In this document: positions 28,054-37,144 of the stretch, in pieces | How positions within the stretch are numbered: the first letter of the stretch is position 1 | Layout: every line of letters starts with the position of its first letter | Assembly: GCA_002737365.1 (NCBI GenBank) | Contig: NSIL01000013.1 | Span: forward strand, 3,540 to 67,539 | From: Acidobacterium sp. | Lineage (GTDB): Bacteria > Acidobacteriota > Vicinamibacteria > Vicinamibacterales > UBA2999 | Direction: 5' to 3' | DNA length: 64,000 bases | Translations under genes and position numbers: made by a program | Notes under the pieces: model-generated | Databases searched by the model: none | Told to the model about the DNA's origin: nothing | What the model saw: only the letters and a program-made list of their open reading frames with translations

Positions 28054-29088
28054 ATGCTGCCCACCATCGCCTGGCAAGACTCCGACATCGTCATGATCGA
28101 TCAACGCAAGCTGCCGGCGGCCGAGATCTACGTGACCTGCCGTAGCGTGAACGACGTGGCCAAGGCCATCAAGACCATGGTCATTCGCGGGGCGCCGGCC
28201 ATTGGCGTCTGCGCCGCCATGGGGCTGGCGCTCGGTGCCGAGCGCAGCAAGGCCACCGGCACCAAGCAGTTCACGACTGAGTTTCAGCGCAACAGCGAGC
28301 TGTTAGCCGCGACGCGGCCGACGGCGGTCAACCTGTTCTGGGCGATCGAGCGCATGAAGCAGTCGTTCGCCAGCGGCGCATTGGCCGGCGAGTCGGTTGA
28401 TCAGTTGAAGGCACGGCTGCGAGCCGAAGCTGACCGAATTCACGATGACGATATCGCGAGTTGCCGGGCGATCGGTGCGCATGGCGCGACGGTGGTGCCG
28501 GCGGAGGCCTGCATCCTGACGCACTGCAACGCCGGAGCGCTGGCTACCGCCGGCTACGGCACCGCCCTCGGCGTGATCCGCGGCGCGGTTGCAGCCGGCC
28601 GCAAGGTGCGCGTGCTCGCCGATGAAACCCGGCCCTTCCTGCAGGGCGCGCGCCTGACGGCGTGGGAATTGGTGAAGGACGGCATCGACACCACCGTGAT
28701 CACCGACAACATGGCCGGCGCGATCATGCGCGCGGGCGACGTTGACCTGGTGGTCGTCGGCGCCGATCGCATTGCCGCCAACGGCGACACCGCCAACAAG
28801 ATCGGCACTTATACCGTGGCCGTGCTGGCGAAGGAGCACGGCATCCCGTTCTATGTCGCCGCGCCGTGGTCCACCATCGACCTGGCGACACCGGACGGTG
28901 ACGCGATTCCGATTGAAGAACGCGCTGCCCGCGAAGTAACGCACGTGGGTGCCACGCAGTTGGCGCCCGACGGTGCGCACGTGCGCAATCCTTCGTTCGA
29001 CGTGACGCCGCACAAATACATCACCGCGATCATCACGGAGCGCGGCATCTTCAAGGCGCCGTTCACGGACACGCTCTCGCAAGGCTGA
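28054..29088 (+). CDS. mtnA: S-methyl-5-thioribose-1-phosphate isomerase
   Basis: It has [73 protein letters not shown] and FDVTP, which are eIF-2B/MtnA family blocks. Confidence 0.9.
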   Translation: MLPTIAWQDSDIVMIDQRKLPAAEIYVTCRSVNDVAKAIKTMVIRGAPAIGVCAAMGLALGAERSKATGTKQFTTEFQRNSELLAATRPTAVNLFWAIERMKQSFASGALAGESVDQLKARLRAEADRIHDDDIASCRAIGAHGATVVPAEACILTHCNAGALATAGYGTALGVIRGAVAAGRKVRVLADETRPFLQGARLTAWELVKDGIDTTVITDNMAGAIMRAGDVDLVVVGADRIAANGDTANKIGTYTVAVLAKEHGIPFYVAAPWSTIDLATPDGDAIPIEERAAREVTHVGATQLAPDGAHVRNPSFDVTPHKYITAIITERGIFKAPFTDTLSQG

Positions 29089-30149
29089 TGCTGGTTCTTG
29101 GCATCGAGACGTCGTGCGACGAAACGGCGGCGGCCATCGTCGAGACCAGGCCCGATAGCCGGAAGCCTTGGCTACTGCGATCAAACGTCGTCGCCTCGCA
29201 GGTGGACATTCACCGCGATTGGGGCGGCGTCGTTCCTGAACTCGCGTCGCGACAGCACGTCCGCGATATCTGTGGCGTCGTCGAGCGCGCCCTGTCAGAT
29301 GCCAACACGACTTGGCCTGATGTTGATGCGCTCGCGGTGACGCAGGGGCCCGGCCTCGTCGGTTCGCTGCTGGTTGGTGTGTCGTTTGCCAAGTCGGCGG
29401 CATGGGCGTTACAGAAGCCTCTGGTCGCCGTGCACCACCTCGCCGGACATATCGAGTCGATTTGGCTCGAGCACGGCCCGATTCCGCTGCCAGCCATCAT
29501 TCTGGTCGTGTCTGGCGGCCATACCAGTTTGTATCTGGTGAAGCAGGAAGGGCATTATGTGCTGCTCGGCCGAACGCGAGACGATGCGGCCGGTGAGGCG
29601 TATGACAAGGTGGCGAAGCTGGTGGGGCTTGGCTATCCGGGCGGACCGATCCTCGACCGCCTGGCCCGCGATGGCAACGATGCCGCCATCAACTTTCCCG
29701 GGACGCGCCTGACCAGTCCTGACCGCAACGCGCCCGAACGGGATGGCCGCTTTGATTTCAGCTTCAGCGGACTGAAGACATCGGTCCTGCGTCACGTTAG
29801 ACAGCGACAAGCCGTGTTGGGGACTAAGCAGTTACCGGCCAACGAAATCGCCGACCTGGCGGCCAGCTTTCAGTTTCGTGTGGTCGACACGCTGCTCGAT
29901 CGCGCCTTCGCGGCTGCGCAATGGCATGGCGTGAAGTCGATCGGCATTGCCGGCGGCGTGTCGGCGAACTCGCGCTTGAGGGCCGAGGCGCTCGCCAGGT
30001 CTGGGCGCAGCGAAATCCCGGTCTTCATTCCGAGCCTGGCGCTGTCGACGGACAATGCCGCGATGATCGCCGCCGCGGGTATCCGCTTGCTCGATGCCGG
30101 TCGGCTCGCCCCACCAGATCTAAACGCTGCGGCCAGCTTGTCGCTATAA
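29088..30149 (+). CDS. tsaD: tRNA N6-adenosine threonylcarbamoyltransferase TsaD
   Basis: It has [52 protein letters not shown]-type blocks and [10 protein letters not shown]. Confidence 0.95.
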   Translation: [353 protein letters not shown]

Positions 30150-30185
30150 CATCACTAGACCACCAAATCACGAGATCACCAGATC

Positions 30186-30620
30186 ATGGCCAGTGAGTAT
30201 CCCTCCCACCCAGTTGTTGGCGTCGGCGCGGTCGTCGTGCGCCATGGCCGCGTGCTGATCATCAAGCGCGCGCACGAGCCACGGAAAGGCGAGTGGTCGC
30301 TGCCGGGCGGTCACCTCGATCTCGGCGAATCGCTGATCGATGCGGTCCGCCGCGAGGTGAAGGAAGAGACCGGCCTCGAGGTGCATCCCGGACCGATCAT
30401 CGAGACCTTCGATCGCGTGCACCGCGATCCCGACGGTCGCATCCGCTTTCATTTTGTGATCGTTGACTTCGTCTGCGAGGCGCCGTCGGGCGAGGCGGTG
30501 GCCGGCTCTGACGCCGAGGCGGTGGCGTGGGTCACGCCCGCTGAACTCGACGCCTACGGCGTCAACGCCCATGCCGCCGCCGTGATCGGCAAGGGCTTGG
30601 AGTATTCTGTTCCGTCATGA
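30186..30620 (+). CDS. NUDIX hydrolase
   Basis: The Nudix box GGHLDLGESLIDAVRREVKEETGL (GX5EX7REUXEEXGU) is present. Confidence 0.85.
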   Translation: MASEYPSHPVVGVGAVVVRHGRVLIIKRAHEPRKGEWSLPGGHLDLGESLIDAVRREVKEETGLEVHPGPIIETFDRVHRDPDGRIRFHFVIVDFVCEAPSGEAVAGSDAEAVAWVTPAELDAYGVNAHAAAVIGKGLEYSVPS

Positions 30621-31189
30621 CCCTCTCGCGTGAAGCCGCCTGGCAACTGCTGACCGAATGGACCCAGGGCGAAAGCCTGCGCAAGCACGCCTTGGCCGTC
30701 GAGGCCGCCGTGCGCGGCTATGCCCGGCAGCAGGGCGCCAACGAAGAAGAGTGGGGCGTCGTGGCGCTGCTCCACGATTTTGACTACGAGAGGTATCCGA
30801 CACTCGGTGATCACCCGAACAAGGGCTGCGAGCACCTGCGCTCGCTCGGCTATCCGGAATGGGTGATGCGCGCCATCCTGTCGCACGCTTCGGAGATCAC
30901 TGGCGTGCAGCCGGAGTCGCCGGTCGAAAAGACGCTGGTGGCCTGCGACGAGCTGGCCGGCTTCGTGACTGCCGCATCGCTGGTGCGGCCGTCCAAGAGC
31001 GTGCTCGACCTCGAGGCGGTGTCGGTGATCAAGCGGATGAAAGACAAGGCGTTCGCGCGGCAGGTCCCACGCGACCACTTGATTCGCGGCGCCGAGCTCA
31101 TGGGGCTGCCGCTCGACCAGCACGTCACCAACGTGATTGGATTCCTGCGGCTGCAGGCCGATGCTCTTAGCCTGCGGGGAACGCTCTAA
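30617..31189 (+). CDS. HD-domain metal-dependent phosphohydrolase (small, stand-alone)
   Basis: It has an ATGA overlap with the NUDIX gene. It contains H...HDFDYE and a later SH/CDEL region typical of small HD/HDIG proteins. Confidence 0.75.
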   Translation: MTLSREAAWQLLTEWTQGESLRKHALAVEAAVRGYARQQGANEEEWGVVALLHDFDYERYPTLGDHPNKGCEHLRSLGYPEWVMRAILSHASEITGVQPESPVEKTLVACDELAGFVTAASLVRPSKSVLDLEAVSVIKRMKDKAFARQVPRDHLIRGAELMGLPLDQHVTNVIGFLRLQADALSLRGTL

Positions 31190-31216
31190 CTCCAACACCC
31201 GTATACTCAACGTTAG

Positions 31217-32191
31217 ATGACGCCATTGGGTGACGCGCAGACCCATCCCCTCGACGCTCCGCGGTTTGCCGGACCGGTGGTCCAATGCCAGAACCTGAGC
31301 GTTCGCTTCGGCAAGAACTGGGCGCTGAACGACGTCACGGCCGTGTTTCCCGCAGGCGCGGTCGGCCTGCTCGGCCCTAACGGCGCCGGCAAGAGCACCC
31401 TCCTCAAGGCACTGCTCGGCTTCATCGTGCCCGAGAAGGGCACCATGAAGGTGATCGACATGGATGTCGCCACCTCGCCGCTCGAGATTCGCAAGCGCAT
31501 CGGCTACATGCCTGAGAGCGATGCCCACATCCCCGGCATGAACGCGGTCTCGTTTGTCGCCTATTGCGCGCAACTCTCAGGGTTGCCGGCGACCGACGCC
31601 ATGCAGCGCGCGCACGAGGTGCTCTATTACGTCGGCCTCGGCGAGGCGCGCTACCGCAACATCGAGACCTACTCGACCGGCATGAAGCAGCGCATCAAGC
31701 TGGCCCAGGCGATCGTCCACGACCCCGACCTGCTGTTCCTGGACGAGCCGACCAACGGCATGGATCCCAAGGGCCGCGACGAGATGCTCGAGCTGATTCA
31801 CGACCTGGCCCACAACAAGAACGTCAACCTGATCCTCTCCTCGCACCTGCTGCCTGACGTCGAGTTCACCTGCGACCACGTGGTGGTGATGGACAAGGGC
31901 ACGGTCGCCACCTACGGGCCGATCAAGGCGTTGAAGGGAACGACCGGCCGGGTCTACGAGATGCGGATCAAGGGCGACGAGCAGCTGTTCATCAGCGTGC
32001 TGCGTGGTGAAGGTTTCGACGTGAAAGACTCAGATGAAGACGTGATGCGCGTCTTCGTGCCTGGCGCTGCTGGCGACAACCCGAAAGTGCTGTTCGAGCT
32101 GGCGGCGCGCGAGCGCGTGCAGGTGCGCCACGTGCGCCCGAGCGTGCCGACGCTCGAAGACGTGTTCGCCCGCGCGGTGGGGGAGAAGTAG
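31217..32191 (+). CDS. ABC transporter ATP-binding protein (ABC-2 subfamily) 1
   Basis: It has Walker A GPNGAGKST, signature YSTGMKQR and Walker B LLFLDEPTNGMD, plus a C-terminal ~90-aa extension. TATACT at 31202-31207 lies 9 nt upstream of the ATG. Confidence 0.9.
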   Translation: MTPLGDAQTHPLDAPRFAGPVVQCQNLSVRFGKNWALNDVTAVFPAGAVGLLGPNGAGKSTLLKALLGFIVPEKGTMKVIDMDVATSPLEIRKRIGYMPESDAHIPGMNAVSFVAYCAQLSGLPATDAMQRAHEVLYYVGLGEARYRNIETYSTGMKQRIKLAQAIVHDPDLLFLDEPTNGMDPKGRDEMLELIHDLAHNKNVNLILSSHLLPDVEFTCDHVVVMDKGTVATYGPIKALKGTTGRVYEMRIKGDEQLFISVLRGEGFDVKDSDEDVMRVFVPGAAGDNPKVLFELAARERVQVRHVRPSVPTLEDVFARAVGEK

Positions 32192-32194
32192 TCG

Positions 32195-33034
32195 ATGCCC
32201 ATTCATGCTCAGGGCTATCGACGCTATGGCGGCACCCGCGCCGGCATTGGCCGCTCTTGGCAGGTGATGACGCGCGCCGGTGTGATGAGCATCATTTCCA
32301 AGCGCCAGTTCCTGACCCTGATGCTCTTGGCCTGGGCGCCCTTCGTGGTGCGGGCGGTGCAAATCTACGTCTCTGCCACCTTTCAGCAGGCCTCATTTCT
32401 GGCGCCCAAGGGCGAGACGTTCCGCGAGTTCCTGGACCAGCAGGGCGCGTTCGTGTTCTTCGTCACCATCTACGTCGGCGCCGGGTTGATTGCCAACGAC
32501 CGCCGGGCCAACGCCCTGCAGCTCTACCTGTCAAAGCCGATGACGAGCACGGAGTACATTGCCGGCAAGCTCGCCATCCTGTTCTTCTTCCTGGTCTCGG
32601 TCACGCTCCTGCCGGCCATGATGCTGCTGCTGACGCAGGCGATGTTCGCGGGCAGCCTGACCTTTGTCAGCAACAACCTGTATCTGTTGCCGGCCATCAC
32701 TTTGTTCTCGCTGGCGCAGGTGCTGCTGGCATCGACCACCATGCTGGCGTTGTCGTCGCTGTCGAAGAGCAGCCGCTTTGTCGCGGTGATGTATGCCGGG
32801 TTGTTCTTCTTCACCACGGCACTCTTCAACGCGTTGCGCGGCATCACTGGCCGCTCCAGCTTCGCGTGGCTGTCGCCGACCGCAGCCCTCGAACAACTGG
32901 GTGACGTGATCTTCCGGCTGCCACCGCGCTACCAGGTGCCGCCGAGCATTGCCGGCCTGACCGTGCTGCTGCTCATTGCCGCGTCGCTCTACATCCTGAG
33001 CCGTCGCGTGCGCGGTGTGGAGATTGTCACGTAA
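32195..33034 (+). CDS. ABC-2-type transporter permease 1
   Basis: It starts 3 nt after the ATPase stop and encodes six predicted hydrophobic spans. I saw no specific motif. Confidence 0.7.
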   Translation: MPIHAQGYRRYGGTRAGIGRSWQVMTRAGVMSIISKRQFLTLMLLAWAPFVVRAVQIYVSATFQQASFLAPKGETFREFLDQQGAFVFFVTIYVGAGLIANDRRANALQLYLSKPMTSTEYIAGKLAILFFFLVSVTLLPAMMLLLTQAMFAGSLTFVSNNLYLLPAITLFSLAQVLLASTTMLALSSLSKSSRFVAVMYAGLFFFTTALFNALRGITGRSSFAWLSPTAALEQLGDVIFRLPPRYQVPPSIAGLTVLLLIAASLYILSRRVRGVEIVT

Positions 33035-33966
33035 TGGCGGCCGTCACCACGCTCGTTCAGGCCGACCACGTGTCCAAGTGGTATGGACAGGTCAGCGGCC
33101 TCAACGACGTGACCGTGTCTATTCCGCCGGGCATCACCGGACTGCTGGGGCCGAACGGCGCCGGCAAGTCGACGTTCATGAAGTTGATGACCGGCCAGCT
33201 CAAGCCGAGCCAGGGCACCATTCGCGTACTGGGCGAGCCCATTTGGGGCAATCCCGATGTCTATGCGCGCATCGGCTTCTGCCCCGAGCAGGATTCCTGC
33301 TACGACCGCATGACCGGGCTCGAGTGGGTGACGGCGCTGGTCCGCCTCAACGGTTACAGCAATGCCGAAGCGGATGCCGCCGCCAGGGCTGCGCTCGGCA
33401 AGGTTGACTTGCTTGATGCCGGCGGCAAGAAGATTGGCGCCTACAGCAAGGGCATGCGGCAGCGCGTCAAGCTCGCGCAGGCGCTGGTCCACGATCCTGA
33501 GCTGCTGATCCTCGACGAGCCGCTGACCGGCATGGATCCGATCATGCGGCGCAAGACCATCCGCTTGATCAAGGACTGGGCCCGTGCCGGCAAGCACATC
33601 ATCGTCTCCAGCCACATCCTGCACGAGATCGAGTCGATGACCTCGAACATCCTCTTGATCAACAACGGCCGCATTCTCGCCGAGGGCAACGTCCACCAGA
33701 TTCGCGATCTGATCGACACGCACCCGCACACCGTGTTCGTGCGCGGCGAAGATCCCCGCGCGCTGGCCCGCCGCTTCATGGCCGAGGACGATGTGCTCAG
33801 CATGAAGTTCGAGCTTGGTGCCGTGATTGTCGAGACCTCGAAGCCCGATCACTTCTATGCGCGGCTCACCGCACTTGCCGCCTCGGGTGAAGCCGGCCGC
33901 ATTGACGAAGTGCAGTCGCCCGACGACAACCTGCAGGCGGTCTTCAAATACCTAGTGAAGTCATGA
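33034..33966 (+). CDS. ABC transporter ATP-binding protein (ABC-2 subfamily) 2
   Basis: It has a TAATG overlap with permease 1, Walker A GPNGAGKST, signature YSKGMRQR and Walker B LLILDEPLTGMD. Confidence 0.9.
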   Translation: MAAVTTLVQADHVSKWYGQVSGLNDVTVSIPPGITGLLGPNGAGKSTFMKLMTGQLKPSQGTIRVLGEPIWGNPDVYARIGFCPEQDSCYDRMTGLEWVTALVRLNGYSNAEADAAARAALGKVDLLDAGGKKIGAYSKGMRQRVKLAQALVHDPELLILDEPLTGMDPIMRRKTIRLIKDWARAGKHIIVSSHILHEIESMTSNILLINNGRILAEGNVHQIRDLIDTHPHTVFVRGEDPRALARRFMAEDDVLSMKFELGAVIVETSKPDHFYARLTALAASGEAGRIDEVQSPDDNLQAVFKYLVKS

Positions 33967-34781
33967 AGCAGATGAGCTTCTGGACCGCATCGCGGCGGGT
34001 GTTCGACCTGTCGCTGGGCGAAATGCTGTGGTCGCGCCGCACCATCTTCATGGCGCTCGTCGTCGGCGGCCCGGTGCTGCTGGCGCTCATCGTCAAAGTG
34101 GTCGAGCTGTTCGGCATCTCGGCGCTACGCGTCAACGGCCAGCGCGTCGCCGGCTTCGGCATTTTCGGCGTCATGATCTGGCTGCTGTTCCTGCGCTTCA
34201 TCGTCCCCGTGCTGGGCGTGTTCTACGGCACGGCGCTGATGGCCGACGAAGTGGAAGACAAGACCATCACCTACCTGTTCACGCGGCCGATTCCGCGCGG
34301 TGCGGTGCTGGTGGGCAAGTACCTGGCCTACCTTGCCTGCACCCTGCTGGTGGTGCTGCCGTCGGTGATGATCGTCTATTTTCTGCTGGTGCCGTTCTCG
34401 GCGCTGCCGACGACTTTTGGCTCGCTGCTCGTCGACATGGGCCTGCTTGGGCTGGGGCTGGCAGTCTACGGGGCAGTGTTCGCCTTCGTGGGCGCATTCT
34501 GCAAGCGCCCACTGGTCATTGGCCTGATCTTCGCCTTTGGCTGGGAGCAGGTCGTCCTGGCGCTGCCGGGCTACCTCAAGCAGTTCACCATCGCCTTCTA
34601 CTTACAGGCCCTGGTGCCCCACGCCATGCCGTCGGACGGGGTTGCGAGCATCCTGCAGGGGATGTTCCGGGAAAAACCGCCGATTGCGGTCAGTTTGGCG
34701 TGGCTGTCCGCGTATTTGGTCGTGTTTTTGTATCTGGCGACCCGAGTGGTGGAGCGGAAGGAATACGTGCTGGAGCAGTAG
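33963..34781 (+). CDS. ABC-2-type transporter permease 2
   Basis: It has an ATGA overlap with ATPase 2, is polytopic, and carries the EDKTITYLFTRPIPR block common in ABC-2 permeases. Confidence 0.75.
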   Translation: MKQMSFWTASRRVFDLSLGEMLWSRRTIFMALVVGGPVLLALIVKVVELFGISALRVNGQRVAGFGIFGVMIWLLFLRFIVPVLGVFYGTALMADEVEDKTITYLFTRPIPRGAVLVGKYLAYLACTLLVVLPSVMIVYFLLVPFSALPTTFGSLLVDMGLLGLGLAVYGAVFAFVGAFCKRPLVIGLIFAFGWEQVVLALPGYLKQFTIAFYLQALVPHAMPSDGVASILQGMFREKPPIAVSLAWLSAYLVVFLYLATRVVERKEYVLEQ

Positions 34782-34906
34782 GCCCTTCGACTCGCCCTGC
34801 GGTCCTGACGGGACCGCCGGGTTCGCTCAGGACGCCGGCTCCAAGAAAAACACCGGCCGGCGGAACTTGGCCCCCTGGGGTTCGTATACTCAGGCAGGAG
34901 ACCCGG

Positions 34907-35905
34907 ATGTCCAACAAAACGCGATACTTCGTGGCGGTGACGGGAGCGATTCTGGTAATCGGCCTGGGGATGGGCCTGGTGGCCTCTTACATGGGCCTGC
35001 CGGTTGCAGTCTTTACCAGCGCTGCCGGTCCTGAAGAGCTTGAGTATGTGCCGGCCGACGCCGCAGTCGTGGCCTACGCCAACGTGCGCGACGTGATGAA
35101 TTCGCAGCTGCGCCAGCGCTTCCGCGAGATGGAACCGACGCAGGAACACCAGAACCAGTTTGAGGAGAAGACCGGCCTCAACTTCGAGAAAGACATCGAC
35201 ACGGTGGTCGCGGCCATGATGCCCAAGGGCAACCTGGCGACCGATCCTGAAGGCGCCTTCCTCATCCTGGCGAAGGGCCGCTTCCAGGCAGCACGCCTCG
35301 AAGCCCTCGCCCTCGAACATGGCGCGACGGTGGCCGACTATCAGGGCAAGCGCCTCATCACTCATCACGACGCCGACCGCCACGACACCAAGCACGACGA
35401 CATGGCCGTGGGCTTCGTGGAAGCTGACCTGATCGCGTTCGGGAGCGTCACCTCGGTGCAGGCGGCGATCGACGCCCGCCGCGAAAACCGCAACGTGGTC
35501 GGCAACATCGAGATGATGCGCCTCGTGAGCGAGCTCGACAACGCCAACGCGTGGGCGGTGGGACAGTTCGACGCGATTGCCGGCCAGGCCGGGCTGCCGA
35601 CCGAAATCGCCTCGCAGATGCCGGCCATCACCTGGTTTTCGGCGGCCGGTCACGTCAACGGCGGTGTGAGCGGTGTGCTCAAGGCCGAAACCAAGGACGC
35701 GACCTCGGCGCAGAATCTGCGCGACGTGCTGAAGGGCCTGCTGGCCCTGGCCAAGATGCAGGCGGGCAGCAAGCCCGGCATGCAGCAGTTGGCTGACTCG
35801 CTGATTCTGTCGGGCGAGGGCAAGAACGTGGCGCTGTCGTTCTCGGTGCCGTCGGAAGTGCTCGAAGTGCTCGAGGGCCTCGCCAAGGGTCGCAAGGGGC
35901 TGTAA
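34907..35905 (+). CDS. Membrane-anchored periplasmic hypothetical protein (332 aa)
   Basis: Only the 3' part of track ORF 34028..35905 looks coding. The ATG at 34907 is preceded by AGGAG (34895-34899) and TATACT (34885-34890). There is one N-terminal TM segment (YFVAVTGAILVIGLGMGLVASYM). Confidence 0.65.
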   Translation: MSNKTRYFVAVTGAILVIGLGMGLVASYMGLPVAVFTSAAGPEELEYVPADAAVVAYANVRDVMNSQLRQRFREMEPTQEHQNQFEEKTGLNFEKDIDTVVAAMMPKGNLATDPEGAFLILAKGRFQAARLEALALEHGATVADYQGKRLITHHDADRHDTKHDDMAVGFVEADLIAFGSVTSVQAAIDARRENRNVVGNIEMMRLVSELDNANAWAVGQFDAIAGQAGLPTEIASQMPAITWFSAAGHVNGGVSGVLKAETKDATSAQNLRDVLKGLLALAKMQAGSKPGMQQLADSLILSGEGKNVALSFSVPSEVLEVLEGLAKGRKGL

Positions 35906-35916
35906 GATGCGCGGAC

Positions 35917-36357
35917 GTGCCTGACCACGTCTTTTTCTACGGAACGCTCATGTCGCCGTTCAACCGGCCAGGGCGGCTCCGCATTACTCCGAAACTCAGT
36001 TTCACTGGGCGCGGCTCGATCAGGGCCGCGCTCTTTGATTTAGGAATCTACCCGGCCGCCGTGCCGGCTGACGATCAAAGCCTGGTGTGGGGCGAGGTCT
36101 ACGAGACGCTCGACGCCGCTGCGGTGCTGGCGGCCCTCGACGAGATCGAAGGCTACCGCCCAAGCGAACCGGATCGCAGTCTCTACACCCGCATCCTCAC
36201 CGACGTCACGCTTGAAGACGGTCGCGCCGAACAGGCCTGGGCGTACTTCTACAACGCGCCGCTCGGCCGCGCACAACGCATCGCCTCAGGCGACTACCTG
36301 GAACACCTGAACGGACCCAGGGGTCTGTCCCCGAGCAAGGAGCGTCGAGGGGATTGA
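35917..36357 (+). CDS. Gamma-glutamylcyclotransferase (GGACT/AIG2-like) family protein
   Basis: It has N-terminal FFYGTLMS (YGTL motif) and later EGY..... and Y...P. The ~145 aa size fits the family. Confidence 0.72.
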   Translation: MPDHVFFYGTLMSPFNRPGRLRITPKLSFTGRGSIRAALFDLGIYPAAVPADDQSLVWGEVYETLDAAAVLAALDEIEGYRPSEPDRSLYTRILTDVTLEDGRAEQAWAYFYNAPLGRAQRIASGDYLEHLNGPRGLSPSKERRGD

Positions 36358-36361
36358 CCCC

Positions 36362-36694
36362 TTACTTCGCGAGTTCGTCGACGAAGAGCGCAATCGCCGC
36401 GGCCACGCGGTCTGACAACTCGATGAACTCGACGCCGGTGCGGTAGGTGATGATGTCCTGGTCGACGTCGCTGATGCGCGAATGCGCGACGCGGCCCTTC
36501 ACGACCACGGAGCGGTTGCCGAGCGTGAGGCGAAATTCGTGGAGGGAATCCAACTGCAGCTTGAACGCGGTCTCGACCTGCATGCCGCCGTGGCTCATCT
36601 GGCGCACGGCGGTCGGCTGAAAGACCATTACCTCGCCGTGTAAGGCCCCCAGCAGTTCGACGCGCTCGGAGTCGCGCTTGTTGTCCGCGGCCAT
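36362..36694 (-). CDS. Single-domain PilZ protein (c-di-GMP receptor)
   Basis: Only the 3' part of track ORF 36362..37051 looks coding. The ATG is at 36694. KRDSERV (RxxxR) and QMSHGGM (D/NxSxxG-like) motifs have the expected spacing. A perfect TATAAT (36709-36704, minus strand) lies 9 nt upstream. Confidence 0.72.
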   Translation of the reverse strand: MAADNKRDSERVELLGALHGEVMVFQPTAVRQMSHGGMQVETAFKLQLDSLHEFRLTLGNRSVVVKGRVAHSRISDVDQDIITYRTGVEFIELSDRVAAAIALFVDELAK

Positions 36695-37036
36695 TGGCTC
36701 GAAATTATAGCGTAGGCCTCGCCGTTGACGTAGGTGAGGATGGGCAGCCGGCGGGTCGCCGGATCGAGCTGCAGGTTGACTTTGAAGCCGGACTTCTTCG
36801 CGTCCTGCAAGGCTGCCTCGGCGTCGGCGATGCGTCCGGCCGACCTGTGCGACGTAGAGATCGCGGCATCGGTTCAGTGCCGAAATGGCCGAGACGTACT
36901 GCTTCAGCGCCATGTGACCCCGGCCCAGCCCATTCTGCGCGCGGGCCCTGTCCCGGTCTGCCGGCGACAGGGTCTGGACCGACGCCAGCGGCACGAAGGT
37001 CAGCAGGGACAAGGCAACCGCAAGCACCGGGCGCAT
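36628..37036 (-). pseudogene. Possible frameshifted gene for a small exported TPR-like protein
   Basis: Frame A reads MRPVLAVALSLLTFVPLASVQ (signal) ...ARAQNGLGRGHMALKQYVSAISALNRCRDLYV, then turns into Arg-rich junk. The +1 frame continues plausibly from about 36845 (GRIADAEAALQDAKKSGFKVNLQLDPATRRLPILTYVNGEAYAII) and ends at 36628 inside the PilZ 5' end. Confidence 0.3.
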
Positions 37037-37057
37037 GGTCGACTCCAGCATCCGCCA

Positions 37058-37093
37058 AGAGAAAACCCCGCGCGCCCAGGTGGGCGCGCGGGG
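37058..37093 (-). terminator. Rho-independent terminator of the TonB-dependent receptor gene
   Basis: A perfect 12-bp stem, CCCCGCGCGCCC (37066-37077) with GGGCGCGCGGGG (37082-37093), has a 4-nt loop. On the minus strand it is followed by TTTTCTCTT (37065-37058). Confidence 0.8.
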
Positions 37094-37110
37094 TGATGGT
37101 AGCTGAACAC

Positions 37111-37135
37111 CAGCCGGCTCACACGGAGCCGGCTG
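37111..37135 (-). other. Second 10-bp hairpin directly after the receptor stop codon
   Basis: CAGCCGGCTC (37111-37120) pairs with GAGCCGGCTG (37126-37135). There is no U-tract. Confidence 0.5.
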
Positions 37136-37144
37136 CTCGTTCGG

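Noticed and set aside
34028-34906. The 5' two-thirds of the 625-aa track ORF 34028..35905.
   Set aside because: This part reads out of frame through ABC-2 permease 2 and gives Arg/Pro-rich junk. Only the segment from the ATG at 34907, which has an SD and a TM anchor, looks coding. The same logic trims 13777..15249 (rodA) and 43137..44738 (hbd).
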